Shown: positions 10,040 through 19,816 of the stretch, piece by piece
Numbering within the stretch: position 1 is the stretch's first letter
How the letters are laid out: every line of letters begins with the position of its first letter
NCBI GenBank assembly: GCA_043777895.1
Contig: JAYWHD010000036.1
Span: 9,860 to 73,859 of the forward strand
Direction: 5' to 3'
DNA: 64,000 nucleotides
Source of the DNA: Betaproteobacteria bacterium
GTDB lineage: Bacteria > Pseudomonadota > Gammaproteobacteria > Burkholderiales > Burkholderiaceae_C
Notes under the pieces: generated by a model
What the model saw: the letters and a program-made list of their open reading frames with translations, nothing else
Databases searched by the model: none
What the model was told of the DNA's origin: nothing
Made by a program: the position numbers and the translations under genes

Positions 10040-11029
10040 ATGAGTTCTATAGACCACCACGCTAGTCCTATCAAAAAAGACCCACTTGATGTGCATGTGA
10101 GTGTACTGCTCTCGGAAACTGTTACACACATTTTACGCACACCACGTGGTATTCACGGGACTTATATTGATGGTACATTTGGACGGGGCGGACACAGTGC
10201 TGAATTGTTAAAACATTTAAGTCCTCAAGGACGCTTAATTGCTCTAGATCGTGATAGGCAAGCCGTAATGCTAGGGTTATCTTGGAATGATTCTCGCTTC
10301 ACTATGCTTCATAGCCCATTTTCACAAATGAATTTAGTATTAAACTCATTGGGTGTTGTGCCTAAACAAGTTGATGGTATTTTGCTTGATATTGGTGTGT
10401 CATCACCCCAACTAGACGATGCAACACGTGGATTCTCATTTAATAAAGATGCTGCGTTAGATATGCGTATGGACACCAGTTGCGGACAAACTGCTGCTGA
10501 TGTTGTGAATACTTTGAGTGAACATGCACTCACACGGCTATTTAAAGAACTGGGTGAAGAGCCGCAAGCAGCCCGTATTTCGGCAGCCATTGTCTTAGCC
10601 AGACAAATAGCCCCGATTACTAATACGCTAGAATTAGCTAATTTAGTCGAACGCGTGGTTAAATTTAAAAAATATGGCTTTCACCCTGCTACTTTAGTGT
10701 TTCAAGCCCTGCGTATTTATGTCAATGAAGAATTAACAGAATTAGACTGTGTATTAAAACATGCTGAAAATATTCTGTGTGCTGACGGAAAATTAGCCAT
10801 TATTAGTTTTCATTCCTTAGAAGATCGTAAAGTCAAGCAGGCTTTTCGCCCTATTCCTGTGACTGCACAATTGCGTCACTTACCCCGTCAAGACATACCG
10901 CACCCGTGGAAGGAAATTGAACGTATTAAACCCAGTGAATACGAATTACGTGCTAACCCCCGTTCGCGTTCAGCGGTATTACGAATCGCTCAACGGGTTG
11001 TTGATACGGTCAATTCATCTGTGTATTAA
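10040..11029 (+). CDS. rsmH: 16S rRNA (cytosine1402-N4)-methyltransferase
   Basis: YIDGTFGRGGHS and GILLDIGVSSPQLD motifs. It is the first gene of the dcw cluster. Confidence 0.95.
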   Translation: MSSIDHHASPIKKDPLDVHVSVLLSETVTHILRTPRGIHGTYIDGTFGRGGHSAELLKHLSPQGRLIALDRDRQAVMLGLSWNDSRFTMLHSPFSQMNLVLNSLGVVPKQVDGILLDIGVSSPQLDDATRGFSFNKDAALDMRMDTSCGQTAADVVNTLSEHALTRLFKELGEEPQAARISAAIVLARQIAPITNTLELANLVERVVKFKKYGFHPATLVFQALRIYVNEELTELDCVLKHAENILCADGKLAIISFHSLEDRKVKQAFRPIPVTAQLRHLPRQDIPHPWKEIERIKPSEYELRANPRSRSAVLRIAQRVVDTVNSSVY

Positions 11030-11032
11030 ATA

Positions 11033-11401
11033 ATGAAAGGTTTTAAAACACTAAACACCGTTTGTATATTAATGCTAGTTATTACTTGTATGTCCTTGGT
11101 AACCAGTCGGCAACAACAACGCTTAGATTTTTCTAAAATAGAGTCAGAAAAGCTACAGTTACGCCGTTTACAACAAGATTTTCAAAACTTAACCGCCACT
11201 CAACAGCAACTTGAGCAAACTGAACGAGTTGAACGTTTAGCACGTGAAGAACGCAATATGGAACGTATTCCTGCGAATAAAACTTTGTTTTTAACCGAAG
11301 GCATTTCACGTCATCAAAGACAATTCAAACCTTATATTAAATTAACTATACCGCCTAAGCCTGCAATAAATTTACATGTACCTGTGCAGGCACAGCTATG
11401 A
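11033..11401 (+). CDS. ftsL: Cell division protein FtsL
   Basis: Small bitopic protein with a TM segment then a coiled coil (LQLRRLQQDFQNL). It sits between rsmH and ftsI. Confidence 0.85.
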   Translation: MKGFKTLNTVCILMLVITCMSLVTSRQQQRLDFSKIESEKLQLRRLQQDFQNLTATQQQLEQTERVERLAREERNMERIPANKTLFLTEGISRHQRQFKPYIKLTIPPKPAINLHVPVQAQL

Positions 11402-13266
11402 AACCTTCAACAGGATCACACCAACCTACGCTTCGTCCAACTTATCCGCTGAAGCATACCCCGCAATTTAAACCTAATGCTCAACCCCGTTTATCACCTT
11501 CACCGCCTTTTAAACCTCAAGCTATTTTAAAACCCAAAAAACCAACTGGTTTTATAACACTGAATACTCGCTCATTGTTTTTGCAAACCTTAGTATTGTT
11601 ATGCTTTTTGATTGGTTTAGGTAAATCGGCTTACCTACAACTATGGACACCTGCACATCTACAAGACCGTGGGGCAGTCCGTTATGAACGCAATATTGTT
11701 ATGAGTGCGTATCGCGGTAAAATTTTTGACCGTAATAGTAATGAGATGGCAGGCAATATTACGACATCGGCAGTATCTTTAGTAGGGTCTCAAGCTAAAT
11801 TAACCGAGTTACAAAAAGACCAGTTGGCTGAATTATTAGATATGACGCGTAGTGAATTAGAGGCTAAACAAAAGCAAGCTAAACTGGGCTTTATTTATTT
11901 AAAACGTCAATTAGACTTAGTAAAAGGCCGTAATATTCGTGAACAAATTCGCGTATTGCGTATCCCTGGTATTACAGTAGACGATGAATCGCGTCGCCAC
12001 TATCCTTTGGGTGAGGCGGCTTCGCAATTACTGGGCTTTGTCAATTTAAGTGGTGAGGCTGTAGAAGGCTTAGAGTTTAAATTGAATGATGCCCTGTCTG
12101 GTACAGAAGGTTCACGTCGTGTCGTGCGTACAGGTATTGGACGTGTTGTTGATAATTTAAACAAAGATGAACCCGCCGAACACGGCGAAGATATTACGCT
12201 AACCATTGACAACGGTTTGCAATACCTGACTTATGCTGAATTACGCAGTGCAGTGATTAACAATAAAGCCGAGGGCGGTAGTGCGGTTATGCTGAATGCT
12301 AAAACAGGTGAAATACTGGCTTTGGCTAATTATCCTAGTTTTGACCCTAATAAATCAGGTAAAAAAACCAGTGCAAGTATCCGAAATCGCGTCACAACAG
12401 ATGCGTTTGAACCTGGTTCTACTATTAAGCCTTTTACTATGTCTTTGGCTTTGGATAAAAATATAGTGTCTTCCAAAACTACTGTGTCAGGTCTGCCATT
12501 TATGGTAAATACATTGCGTATTCATGATGGCGACCACATGCGTCCCAGTATGACATTGGCAGAAGTGATGCAATATTCAAGCAATGTAGGTATCGTGCGT
12601 CTGTCACAAAGATTAAGTGCGAAAGAAATGCATACTTGGTTTTCTAATATGGGCTTTGGTAAAGCCAATAAATTACCTATGGGGGGTTCTACTACAGGCT
12701 TATTGCGTCCACCTTCAAAATGGCAAGCCGAGGACAAAGCAACTGCGGCTTATGGTTATGGCTTATCCGCATCACTATTACAAATAGCTAGAGCCTACAC
12801 TGTATTTACAAATCACGGACAATTATTGCCCGTGTCTTTGTTAAAAATAAATACTCCGCCACAAGGTATTGCCGTTATGAAAGCCGATACCGCTGATTTG
12901 CTTAAAAACTATATGCAGTATGTGACCAGTCAACAAGGCACTGCCCCTTTAGCACAAGTTGATAACTATAGAACTGCAGGTAAAACAGGTACGGCTCGTA
13001 AACAAAAAAATGGTCAATATTTAGAGGGTCAGTATATTGCTTCGTTTGTAGGATTTGCTCCTGTAAGTAATCCAAAAGTAATTGTAGCGGTTATGATTGA
13101 TGCCCCTAAAGGCGATAATTATTATGGCGGACAAGTCGCTGCACCGGTATTTTCTAATATGGTATCTGCCGCGATGCGTATGATGAATGTAACACCTGAT
13201 AAACCTAATCAACCTGTAATAATTGCCCCTAGCCAGTCTAATGTATTAAAAGAATCCACTTTATGA
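11398..13266 (+). CDS. ftsI: Peptidoglycan D,D-transpeptidase FtsI (PBP3)
   Basis: STIKP (SxxK), SSN and KTGT motifs. The start overlaps ftsL by 4 nt. There is a proline-rich N-terminal extension. Confidence 0.95.
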   Translation: MKPSTGSHQPTLRPTYPLKHTPQFKPNAQPRLSPSPPFKPQAILKPKKPTGFITLNTRSLFLQTLVLLCFLIGLGKSAYLQLWTPAHLQDRGAVRYERNIVMSAYRGKIFDRNSNEMAGNITTSAVSLVGSQAKLTELQKDQLAELLDMTRSELEAKQKQAKLGFIYLKRQLDLVKGRNIREQIRVLRIPGITVDDESRRHYPLGEAASQLLGFVNLSGEAVEGLEFKLNDALSGTEGSRRVVRTGIGRVVDNLNKDEPAEHGEDITLTIDNGLQYLTYAELRSAVINNKAEGGSAVMLNAKTGEILALANYPSFDPNKSGKKTSASIRNRVTTDAFEPGSTIKPFTMSLALDKNIVSSKTTVSGLPFMVNTLRIHDGDHMRPSMTLAEVMQYSSNVGIVRLSQRLSAKEMHTWFSNMGFGKANKLPMGGSTTGLLRPPSKWQAEDKATAAYGYGLSASLLQIARAYTVFTNHGQLLPVSLLKINTPPQGIAVMKADTADLLKNYMQYVTSQQGTAPLAQVDNYRTAGKTGTARKQKNGQYLEGQYIASFVGFAPVSNPKVIVAVMIDAPKGDNYYGGQVAAPVFSNMVSAAMRMMNVTPDKPNQPVIIAPSQSNVLKESTL

Positions 13267-14783
13267 CGCATTTATATTTACTTGACAATTCATTACATAT
13301 CGCCCAACAACTGCGGTGTATCGGACACACGCATACGCAATTATGTCAAGACAGTCGCCAGTTAAAAGTCGGTGATATATTTGTGGCGTTTAGCGGTGAT
13401 ACTCACGATGGCCGTCATCATATAGTAACTGCTTTAAAATCAGGAGCCTGTGCTATTTTAGCTGAAGCTGAAGGTTTAGACGCATTTTTAACACCTGATG
13501 TAGTCTCTAATCAAATGATTAAAACGATTCAAATTATTGCTGTTCATAATTTAAAACAAGCTTTAGGCGGTATTGCTGACGCATTTTATAATTATCCTAG
13601 TCAAGTGTTAGACGTTGTAGCGATTACAGGTACGAATGGGAAAACTACCGTTGTTAATTATCTAGCACAACTCTTGGAACAGTTACAACAAAAACCGTGT
13701 GTAGTGTTGGGTACTTTGGGTGCAGGCCTTTACGGCAAAGCATTAAGTACTGGATTAACCACCCCGCACGCAAGCCAAGTACATACCGTACTGGCACACG
13801 CCGTAAAAGTGGGGGCAGGCAGTGCAGCTATTGAAGCCACATCAATTGGTTTAAAAGAAGGGCGTTTAAACAGTGTGGCTATTGATGTCGCTGCACTAAC
13901 CAACTTTACACAAGACCATTTAGATTATCACGGCACAATGGCTGCTTATGCAGCAGCAAAACGTAGCTTATTTGATTGGACTGGCTTAAAAACAGCGGTT
14001 ATTAATATAGACGATGCTTTAGGTATTGATTTAATGTCTAGTTTACAAATAGAGCGACCTACTCTTCAGCTGATTACAACGGGCTTAACAGCTACTGCTG
14101 ATGTATATGCCAGCGATATGACTATACTAGTCAATGGAACGCAATCATTCACATTACATTATCAACAACAACAATATGCCATCACAATACCGTTATTAGG
14201 TATTTTTAATATTAATAATATATTGACTGTTCTAGCTTGCTTGCTCGCTTTAAATTATGACTTAGTCCTAGCCATTAGCTTATTGCCTCACTTAAAAGGT
14301 ATACCAGGCCGTATGGAAGTCGTAAAAATAGCTCATTTACAGACACCTTTGGTATTAGTGGATTATGCACACACGCCTGATGGCTTATTAAAAGCTTTGC
14401 AAGCCTTGCAACCCGTTGCACGTAGGCGTAATGGTAAGTTACACCTTATATTTGGCTGTGGTGGTAACCGTGATGCAAGCAAACGGCCTTTAATGGGGGC
14501 TATTGCACATCAATATTCAGATACTGTGTGTATTACCAATGACAATCCACGTGATGAAGCCCCAGAAATAATCGCAGCAGCTATTGCAGTACGTGTACCT
14601 GATGCTGTGATTGAACTTGACCGTAGTCAAGCCATTAAACACGTTATTACGCAAGCGGGTATTAATGATGTGATACTGATTGCTGGCAAAGGCCATGAAA
14701 CGACTCAAACTATCAAAGGACATTCTTTTTTATTTTCAGATGTGTCTTGTGCTGAACAGGTATTAAGCACATTAAATGCCTAA
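13263..14783 (+). CDS. murE: UDP-N-acetylmuramoyl-L-alanyl-D-glutamate--2,6-diaminopimelate ligase
   Basis: GTNGKTT P-loop and the DNPR motif (TNDNPRDE), in the expected cluster position. Confidence 0.95.
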   Translation: MTHLYLLDNSLHIAQQLRCIGHTHTQLCQDSRQLKVGDIFVAFSGDTHDGRHHIVTALKSGACAILAEAEGLDAFLTPDVVSNQMIKTIQIIAVHNLKQALGGIADAFYNYPSQVLDVVAITGTNGKTTVVNYLAQLLEQLQQKPCVVLGTLGAGLYGKALSTGLTTPHASQVHTVLAHAVKVGAGSAAIEATSIGLKEGRLNSVAIDVAALTNFTQDHLDYHGTMAAYAAAKRSLFDWTGLKTAVINIDDALGIDLMSSLQIERPTLQLITTGLTATADVYASDMTILVNGTQSFTLHYQQQQYAITIPLLGIFNINNILTVLACLLALNYDLVLAISLLPHLKGIPGRMEVVKIAHLQTPLVLVDYAHTPDGLLKALQALQPVARRRNGKLHLIFGCGGNRDASKRPLMGAIAHQYSDTVCITNDNPRDEAPEIIAAAIAVRVPDAVIELDRSQAIKHVITQAGINDVILIAGKGHETTQTIKGHSFLFSDVSCAEQVLSTLNA

Positions 14784-14789
14784 AAACAT

Positions 14790-14955
14790 AAATAATAAAT
14801 AATAAATAATAAATAATAAATAATAAATACTAAATAATCAAATAAATATTAAATATTAAATATTAAGCATTAAATACTACATATTAAAGATTAAATATTA
14901 AACATTAAATATTTAATATTAAACATCAAATATTAAACATCAAATATTACATACT
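14790..14955. repeat. About two dozen degenerate heptamers (AAATAAT / AAATATT / AAACATY) filling the murE-murF spacer
   Basis: I counted the units by hand. The 7-nt phase is kept except for one slip near 14839. Confidence 0.9.
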
Positions 14956-14985
14956 AACTATTATTAATAACAACGATTGAGAGCA

Positions 14986-16470
14986 ATGAAAAGTATATCT
15001 ATACAACAATTATTAAGCTGGCTTACTGGTGCAACATTACACAGTAAACTGCATGTTTCTTTAAAAAAAACCAGCTACGGTGTTAATACAGATACCCGCA
15101 CGCTGCGTACTAACAATATATTTGTAGCCCTAAAAGGCGAACGATTTGACGGGCATCGGTTTATTGGTTTTGCAGCACGTAACCAAGCAGCGTTGGCGTT
15201 GGTAAATTATGATAGCGAAGAGTCGGTTAAGCAAACCGCTAATGAGATGCCTTTTATTTGTGTGGCTGACACAGGCCTTGCCCTACAACAACTGGCAGCA
15301 GGTTATCGCCGTCAATTTTGCTTACCTTTAGCCATAGTAGTCGGTAGCAATGGTAAAACGACTACTAAAGAAATGCTTAACAGTATTTTTCGTAGCCATT
15401 TAATGATACAGGGCAATGAACGTGCAGTCCATTCTACGGCAGGTAATTTTAATAACGATATTGGTTTGCCTTTAACTTTATTAAAATTAAATGACTACCA
15501 CCGTTTAAGCGTTATTGAATTGGGAATGAATCACCCCGGTGAAACGGCACAATTAGCCTCTGTTGCTGCTCCCACGATTGCTATTATTAACAATGCTCAA
15601 CGCGAACACCAAGAATTTATGCACACTGTAGAGGCGGTTGCACAAGAACATTGTGCGGTGATTCCTGCTTTAGCGTCTGAAGGTATCGTTGTACTGCCAG
15701 CACAAGATACTTACGTTAAAATATGGCGTGATTGTGCAGCCAACCATCAAAAAAAGGTGATAGACTTTGCTTTGCATATTAACGGTGATATAACACCTGC
15801 CTTAGTTACAGGTGAAATACAAACAGTAGATGATAACCCGATTGTGCAGACTGTTAAAATAAATACCCCTTTAGGTATGGCACATATAAAACTTAATATT
15901 GCTGGCGAACACCATGTACGCAATGCTTTGGCAGCAACGGCAGCGGCAGTCGCGGCTAATATACCGCTTAGCAGTATTATTTTAGGCTTACAAGCGTTTG
16001 AACCTGTTAAAGGACGTATGCAGCCCCACCGCATCACTGTGCTTAATGATGCCCATAATATTCAGTTAATTGACGATACATATAATTCAAATCCCGATTC
16101 AGTCATCGCGGCAATTGATATGTTAAGTTGCATTAAAAAACTACACACGCGTAGTGTTTTAGTGCTGGGTGATATGGGCGAAGTCGGTGACCAAGGCATA
16201 CATTTTCATACTGAAATGGGTTTATATGCAGCAACTAAAGGGATTTCAGTGTTGTATACCGTTGGCGATTTAATGAAGCACGCGCATAACGCGTTTAAAA
16301 ATAGTACGAATAACCGTGATAAATATATGCAACATTTTGCTAATACGGCTGAGTTGCAAACCGCTTTATTAGCCAAGCAGACTTTATGCACTAACGATAC
16401 AGTACTCATTAAGGGCTCTCGCTTTATGCGTATGGAGTTTATCGTAGACGCTTTACTTAATAAAAATTAA
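14986..16470 (+). CDS. murF: UDP-N-acetylmuramoyl-tripeptide--D-alanyl-D-alanine ligase
   Basis: GSNGKTTTKEM P-loop and DDTYNSNP. The ORF track starts at TTG 14977; I prefer ATG 14986. Confidence 0.94.
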   Translation: MKSISIQQLLSWLTGATLHSKLHVSLKKTSYGVNTDTRTLRTNNIFVALKGERFDGHRFIGFAARNQAALALVNYDSEESVKQTANEMPFICVADTGLALQQLAAGYRRQFCLPLAIVVGSNGKTTTKEMLNSIFRSHLMIQGNERAVHSTAGNFNNDIGLPLTLLKLNDYHRLSVIELGMNHPGETAQLASVAAPTIAIINNAQREHQEFMHTVEAVAQEHCAVIPALASEGIVVLPAQDTYVKIWRDCAANHQKKVIDFALHINGDITPALVTGEIQTVDDNPIVQTVKINTPLGMAHIKLNIAGEHHVRNALAATAAAVAANIPLSSIILGLQAFEPVKGRMQPHRITVLNDAHNIQLIDDTYNSNPDSVIAAIDMLSCIKKLHTRSVLVLGDMGEVGDQGIHFHTEMGLYAATKGISVLYTVGDLMKHAHNAFKNSTNNRDKYMQHFANTAELQTALLAKQTLCTNDTVLIKGSRFMRMEFIVDALLNKN

Positions 16471-16535
16471 TCAAACCAAAATTATTAACAATAAAAATAA
16501 AAATAAAAATAAAACTTTTATAGGACAATATTAAT

Positions 16536-17702
16536 ATGTTACAGTGGTTAGCACAATTTGCGCCTGATTTGGCTTTTTTAAATGTATTTAAATACATTAG
16601 TTTTCGTGCAGTCGGTGCTTGTGCTACTGCATTGTTTATTGGTTTAGCCTTAGGACCTTGGGTTATTAGACGGCTGACTGCTTTAAAAATTGGACAAGCG
16701 GTTCGTACTGATGGCCCAGAAACTCATTTAATTAAACAAGGTACACCAACAATGGGTGGTGTTTTAATATTAGCGTCTATTACGCTTTCAACTTTACTAT
16801 GGACTGATTTGTCTAACCGTTTTGTATGGGTAGTACTTATCGTAACCCTTGGTTTTGGTTGGGTTGGCTGGGAAGATGATTACCGTAAAGTCGCTAAAAA
16901 AGACCCGAACGGAATGCCTGCACGTGAAAAAATTTTTTGGCAAACTGTCATTGGTTTGACTGCTGCTTTATATTTAGTCTTTACCGTTGCAACACCCAAT
17001 GCAGAACAAAGTGCCGTATTATTTTTTAAATGGCTAGCTTCGGGCTTAACATTAGATTTACCCAATAAAGCGTCATTAATTGTGCCTTTCTTTAAAACAG
17101 TCAGTTATCCACTGGGGGTTTTTGGGTTTGTATTAATGACTTATTGTGTCATTGTCGGTACTAGTAATGCTGTTAATTTAACTGATGGCTTAGACGGGTT
17201 GGCGATTATGCCTGTTGTTATGGTGGGCAGTGGTTTAGGCGTATTTGCTTACGTTATAGGTCGCCCTGATTTTTCGCATTATTTAATTTTTCCTTATATT
17301 GCGGGTGCAGGTGAAATGTCTGTTATTTGTGCCGCAGTCGCAGGAGCGGGCTTGGCTTTTTTATGGTTCAATGCACACCCAGCCCAAGTGTTCATGGGTG
17401 ATGTCGGTGCTTTGGCTTTAGGTGGTTTACTAGGTACAGTTGCCGTGATTACTCGTCAAGAGTTAGTATTGTTTATTATGGGCGGTGTATTTGTTGCTGA
17501 AGCGGTGTCCGTCATACTACAAACAGGTTACTTCAAATATACCAAACGTAAATATGGCGTGGGACGGCGTATTTTTAAAATGGCGCCTTTACATCATCAT
17601 TATGAAAAGTCGGGTTGGAGTGAAACTCAAGTCACTGTACGGTTTTGGATTGTGACTATGATGCTTATTTTGATTGGTTTAGCCAGTTTAAAGTTACGGT
17701 AA
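16536..17702 (+). CDS. mraY: Phospho-N-acetylmuramoyl-pentapeptide transferase
   Basis: Polytopic protein with [13 protein letters not shown] and APLHHHYE motifs. Confidence 0.96.
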   Translation: MLQWLAQFAPDLAFLNVFKYISFRAVGACATALFIGLALGPWVIRRLTALKIGQAVRTDGPETHLIKQGTPTMGGVLILASITLSTLLWTDLSNRFVWVVLIVTLGFGWVGWEDDYRKVAKKDPNGMPAREKIFWQTVIGLTAALYLVFTVATPNAEQSAVLFFKWLASGLTLDLPNKASLIVPFFKTVSYPLGVFGFVLMTYCVIVGTSNAVNLTDGLDGLAIMPVVMVGSGLGVFAYVIGRPDFSHYLIFPYIAGAGEMSVICAAVAGAGLAFLWFNAHPAQVFMGDVGALALGGLLGTVAVITRQELVLFIMGGVFVAEAVSVILQTGYFKYTKRKYGVGRRIFKMAPLHHHYEKSGWSETQVTVRFWIVTMMLILIGLASLKLR

Positions 17703-17752
17703 AACTGTGTCTTAATGTGTTATACATAAAATGTAGTCAATAAAATACAGCA

Positions 17753-17804
17753 AAATATACAAATAAATATACAAATAAATATACGAATAAATATACGAAT
17801 AAAT
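17753..17804. repeat. 12-nt tandem repeat x4 (AAATATACAAAT / AAATATACGAAT)
   Basis: Read directly in the mraY-murD spacer. Confidence 0.9.
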
Positions 17805-17817
17805 CACCACATATTAT

Positions 17818-19440
17818 ATGAAATTCTTAAACCATCAAACCGTTTTAATTTTAGGTTTAGGCGAATCAGGTTTAGCCTGTATCCAATTTTCTGAACGGTT
17901 TGGTGCTCACGTAATAGCGGCAGATAGCCGTTCTAACCCGCCCAATTTGGCTCAAATACAGCAACTAAATAATGTACGCGTCATATTAGGTGATTTTTCA
18001 GATACTTTGTTAAACAATACATCAAGCAATATATCAAGTAATACATCAAGCAATACAAATAGTATATCAAATAATATAAGTAATACATCAAACAATATAT
18101 TAAATAGCATTAATACTATTGTCGTTAGCCCAGGAATTAGCCCATCAAGTATCAAAGAATTACTAGTGTTGGCACAACTAAAAAGAATTCCCGTCATCAG
18201 CGAACTAGATTGGTTTAACAGTGCTTTACTAGCGTTAAATCAACAATACAATTATCAACCCATCGTATTAGGGGTTACGGGAACTAATGGTAAAACAACA
18301 GTAACCGAACTGACTACACATATTTGTAATGAAGCAGGCGAAACTGCCGTTGCATGTGGCAATATTAGCCCAGCGGCTTTAACCGCACTGATGGATGCAT
18401 TGGACAACTATACCCAGCATAAAATACCTTTACCTACAATATGGGTATTAGAATTATCTAGCTTTCAGCTACATTACACACAGTTTTTAAATTTAAACGC
18501 CGCTACATTATTAAATATTAGTCAGGACCATTTAGACTGGCATACGGATATGAATGATTATATTCAGGATAAAATGAATATTTTTAAGGACTGTGCTTTA
18601 AAAATACTGAATCGTGATGATTCAACGTGTATGACGCTCATTAACACGGCGGATACACGCGCAAATATACATACATTTGGTTTAGATAGCCCCAGCTATG
18701 TGGGTGATGTTGGCCTTTATTTAGACGGTTTGATGTGGCTGTCTCAAGCACAAATTGACCCAGAATCTATTGTTCATATACCAAATCGCAGTAAAAAATT
18801 AGCTGCAAAAATACCTGCTTTGACTGTACAGCAGCCCTTAATGCCCACCGATGCTTTGTTATTACGGGGTACGCATAACCATACTAATGCTTTGGCTGCA
18901 TTATTGTTGGCAGAAGCAGCAGGTATAGACTTAGCTAAAATATTATATGGATTACATAGCTATAAAGGTGCGTCTAATCGTTGTGAGTTAATCCGTATAG
19001 TCAATGATGTAGAGTATATCAATGATAGTAAAGGCACTAATGTCGGTGCAACAACAGCGGCTTTAATGGGTTTATCAAAGCACAATCGCAGTTTAATATT
19101 AATCGCGGGTGGAGTGGGCAAAGGGCAAGATTTTTCTAATTTAGCCGTCACTATTACGCACCATTGCAAAGCAGTTTTTTTAATAGGTGAAGCAGCCGCT
19201 GAATTAGAGCAAGCTATTAAATTAGCCGTACTTAATGATTTACCACCGACTAATTTATCAGTTTTACCATTGACTATACGTCATGTAGATAGCTTAGATG
19301 AGGCGGTTAAACAGGCATCAGAGTTAGCTCAAACAGGTGATACTGTATTACTGTCGCCAGCGTGTGCTAGTTTTGATATGTTTCGTAATTACCTTCATCG
19401 CGCGCAACTATTTACACAAGCAGTTAATGGTTTGGTTTGA
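17818..19440 (+). CDS. murD: UDP-N-acetylmuramoylalanine--D-glutamate ligase, with an N/S/T/I low-complexity insertion
   Basis: GVTGTNGKTTV P-loop and SPGISP. The insertion is NNTSSNISSNTSSNTNSISNNISNTSNNILNSINT at 18010-18117. Confidence 0.93.
   Translation: MKFLNHQTVLILGLGESGLACIQFSERFGAHVIAADSRSNPPNLAQIQQLNNVRVILGDFSDTLLNNTSSNISSNTSSNTNSISNNISNTSNNILNSINTIVVSPGISPSSIKELLVLAQLKRIPVISELDWFNSALLALNQQYNYQPIVLGVTGTNGKTTVTELTTHICNEAGETAVACGNISPAALTALMDALDNYTQHKIPLPTIWVLELSSFQLHYTQFLNLNAATLLNISQDHLDWHTDMNDYIQDKMNIFKDCALKILNRDDSTCMTLINTADTRANIHTFGLDSPSYVGDVGLYLDGLMWLSQAQIDPESIVHIPNRSKKLAAKIPALTVQQPLMPTDALLLRGTHNHTNALAALLLAEAAGIDLAKILYGLHSYKGASNRCELIRIVNDVEYINDSKGTNVGATTAALMGLSKHNRSLILIAGGVGKGQDFSNLAVTITHHCKAVFLIGEAAAELEQAIKLAVLNDLPPTNLSVLPLTIRHVDSLDEAVKQASELAQTGDTVLLSPACASFDMFRNYLHRAQLFTQAVNGLV
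18010..18117 (+). repeat. In-frame 12-nt-unit repeat tract (AATACATCAAGC-type) inside murD
   Basis: Read directly. Confidence 0.85.
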
Positions 19441-19538
19441 GTTGTTTATTTAGTTACTGATAAAAATTAATACGTATTAATACGTATTAAGTAATTTTTT
19501 ATTGTGTTGATATATTAATCTGTCAATATATTGCTTAT

Positions 19539-19582
19539 ATTAGATTTCTATTAAATTTCTATTAGATTTCTATTAGATTTCT
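19539..19582. repeat. 11-nt tandem repeat x4 (ATTAGATTTCT)
   Basis: Read directly. The last copy is the left terminus of the MITE-like element. Confidence 0.9.
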
Positions 19583-19787
19583 TTCAAAACTATTAAAAGT
19601 ATATTCATTAAACTTTAAAATTTGAATCAAGATTTTCAGAATTTAAAGATTTTAAAGATTTTAAAGATTTTTTAAATCCTGTTTTATCCTTTAATCTTAA
19701 AAATCCTGATTCTAAGCATTGTTTATAGAGTAAATCGCTTTTAAAATTAAAGCTATTTTTATATAAATACATTTTTGAAAGAAGTCT
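19572..19787. mobile_element. MITE-like intergenic element, copy A (216 bp) with imperfect 14-bp terminal inverted repeats
   Basis: Left end is ATTAGATTTCTTTCAAA and right end is TTTTGAAAGAAGTCT. Both strings are identical to those at 50702-50793. Internal blocks (ATATTCAT, ATTAAAGCT) are shared, and a 9-nt repeat (ATTTTAAAG x3) sits at 19641-19673. Confidence 0.5.
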
Positions 19788-19816
19788 GTTATTTATATTA
19801 CTTATAAAAGAGTCCT

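Noticed and set aside
14790-14955. The regularly spaced short repeats here, and in other spacers such as 23047-23190 and 26740-26812, could look like CRISPR arrays.
   Set aside because: The units are only 7-18 nt and are directly contiguous, with no unique spacers. They are almost pure A/T, and no cas genes are in the window. They are simple tandem repeats.
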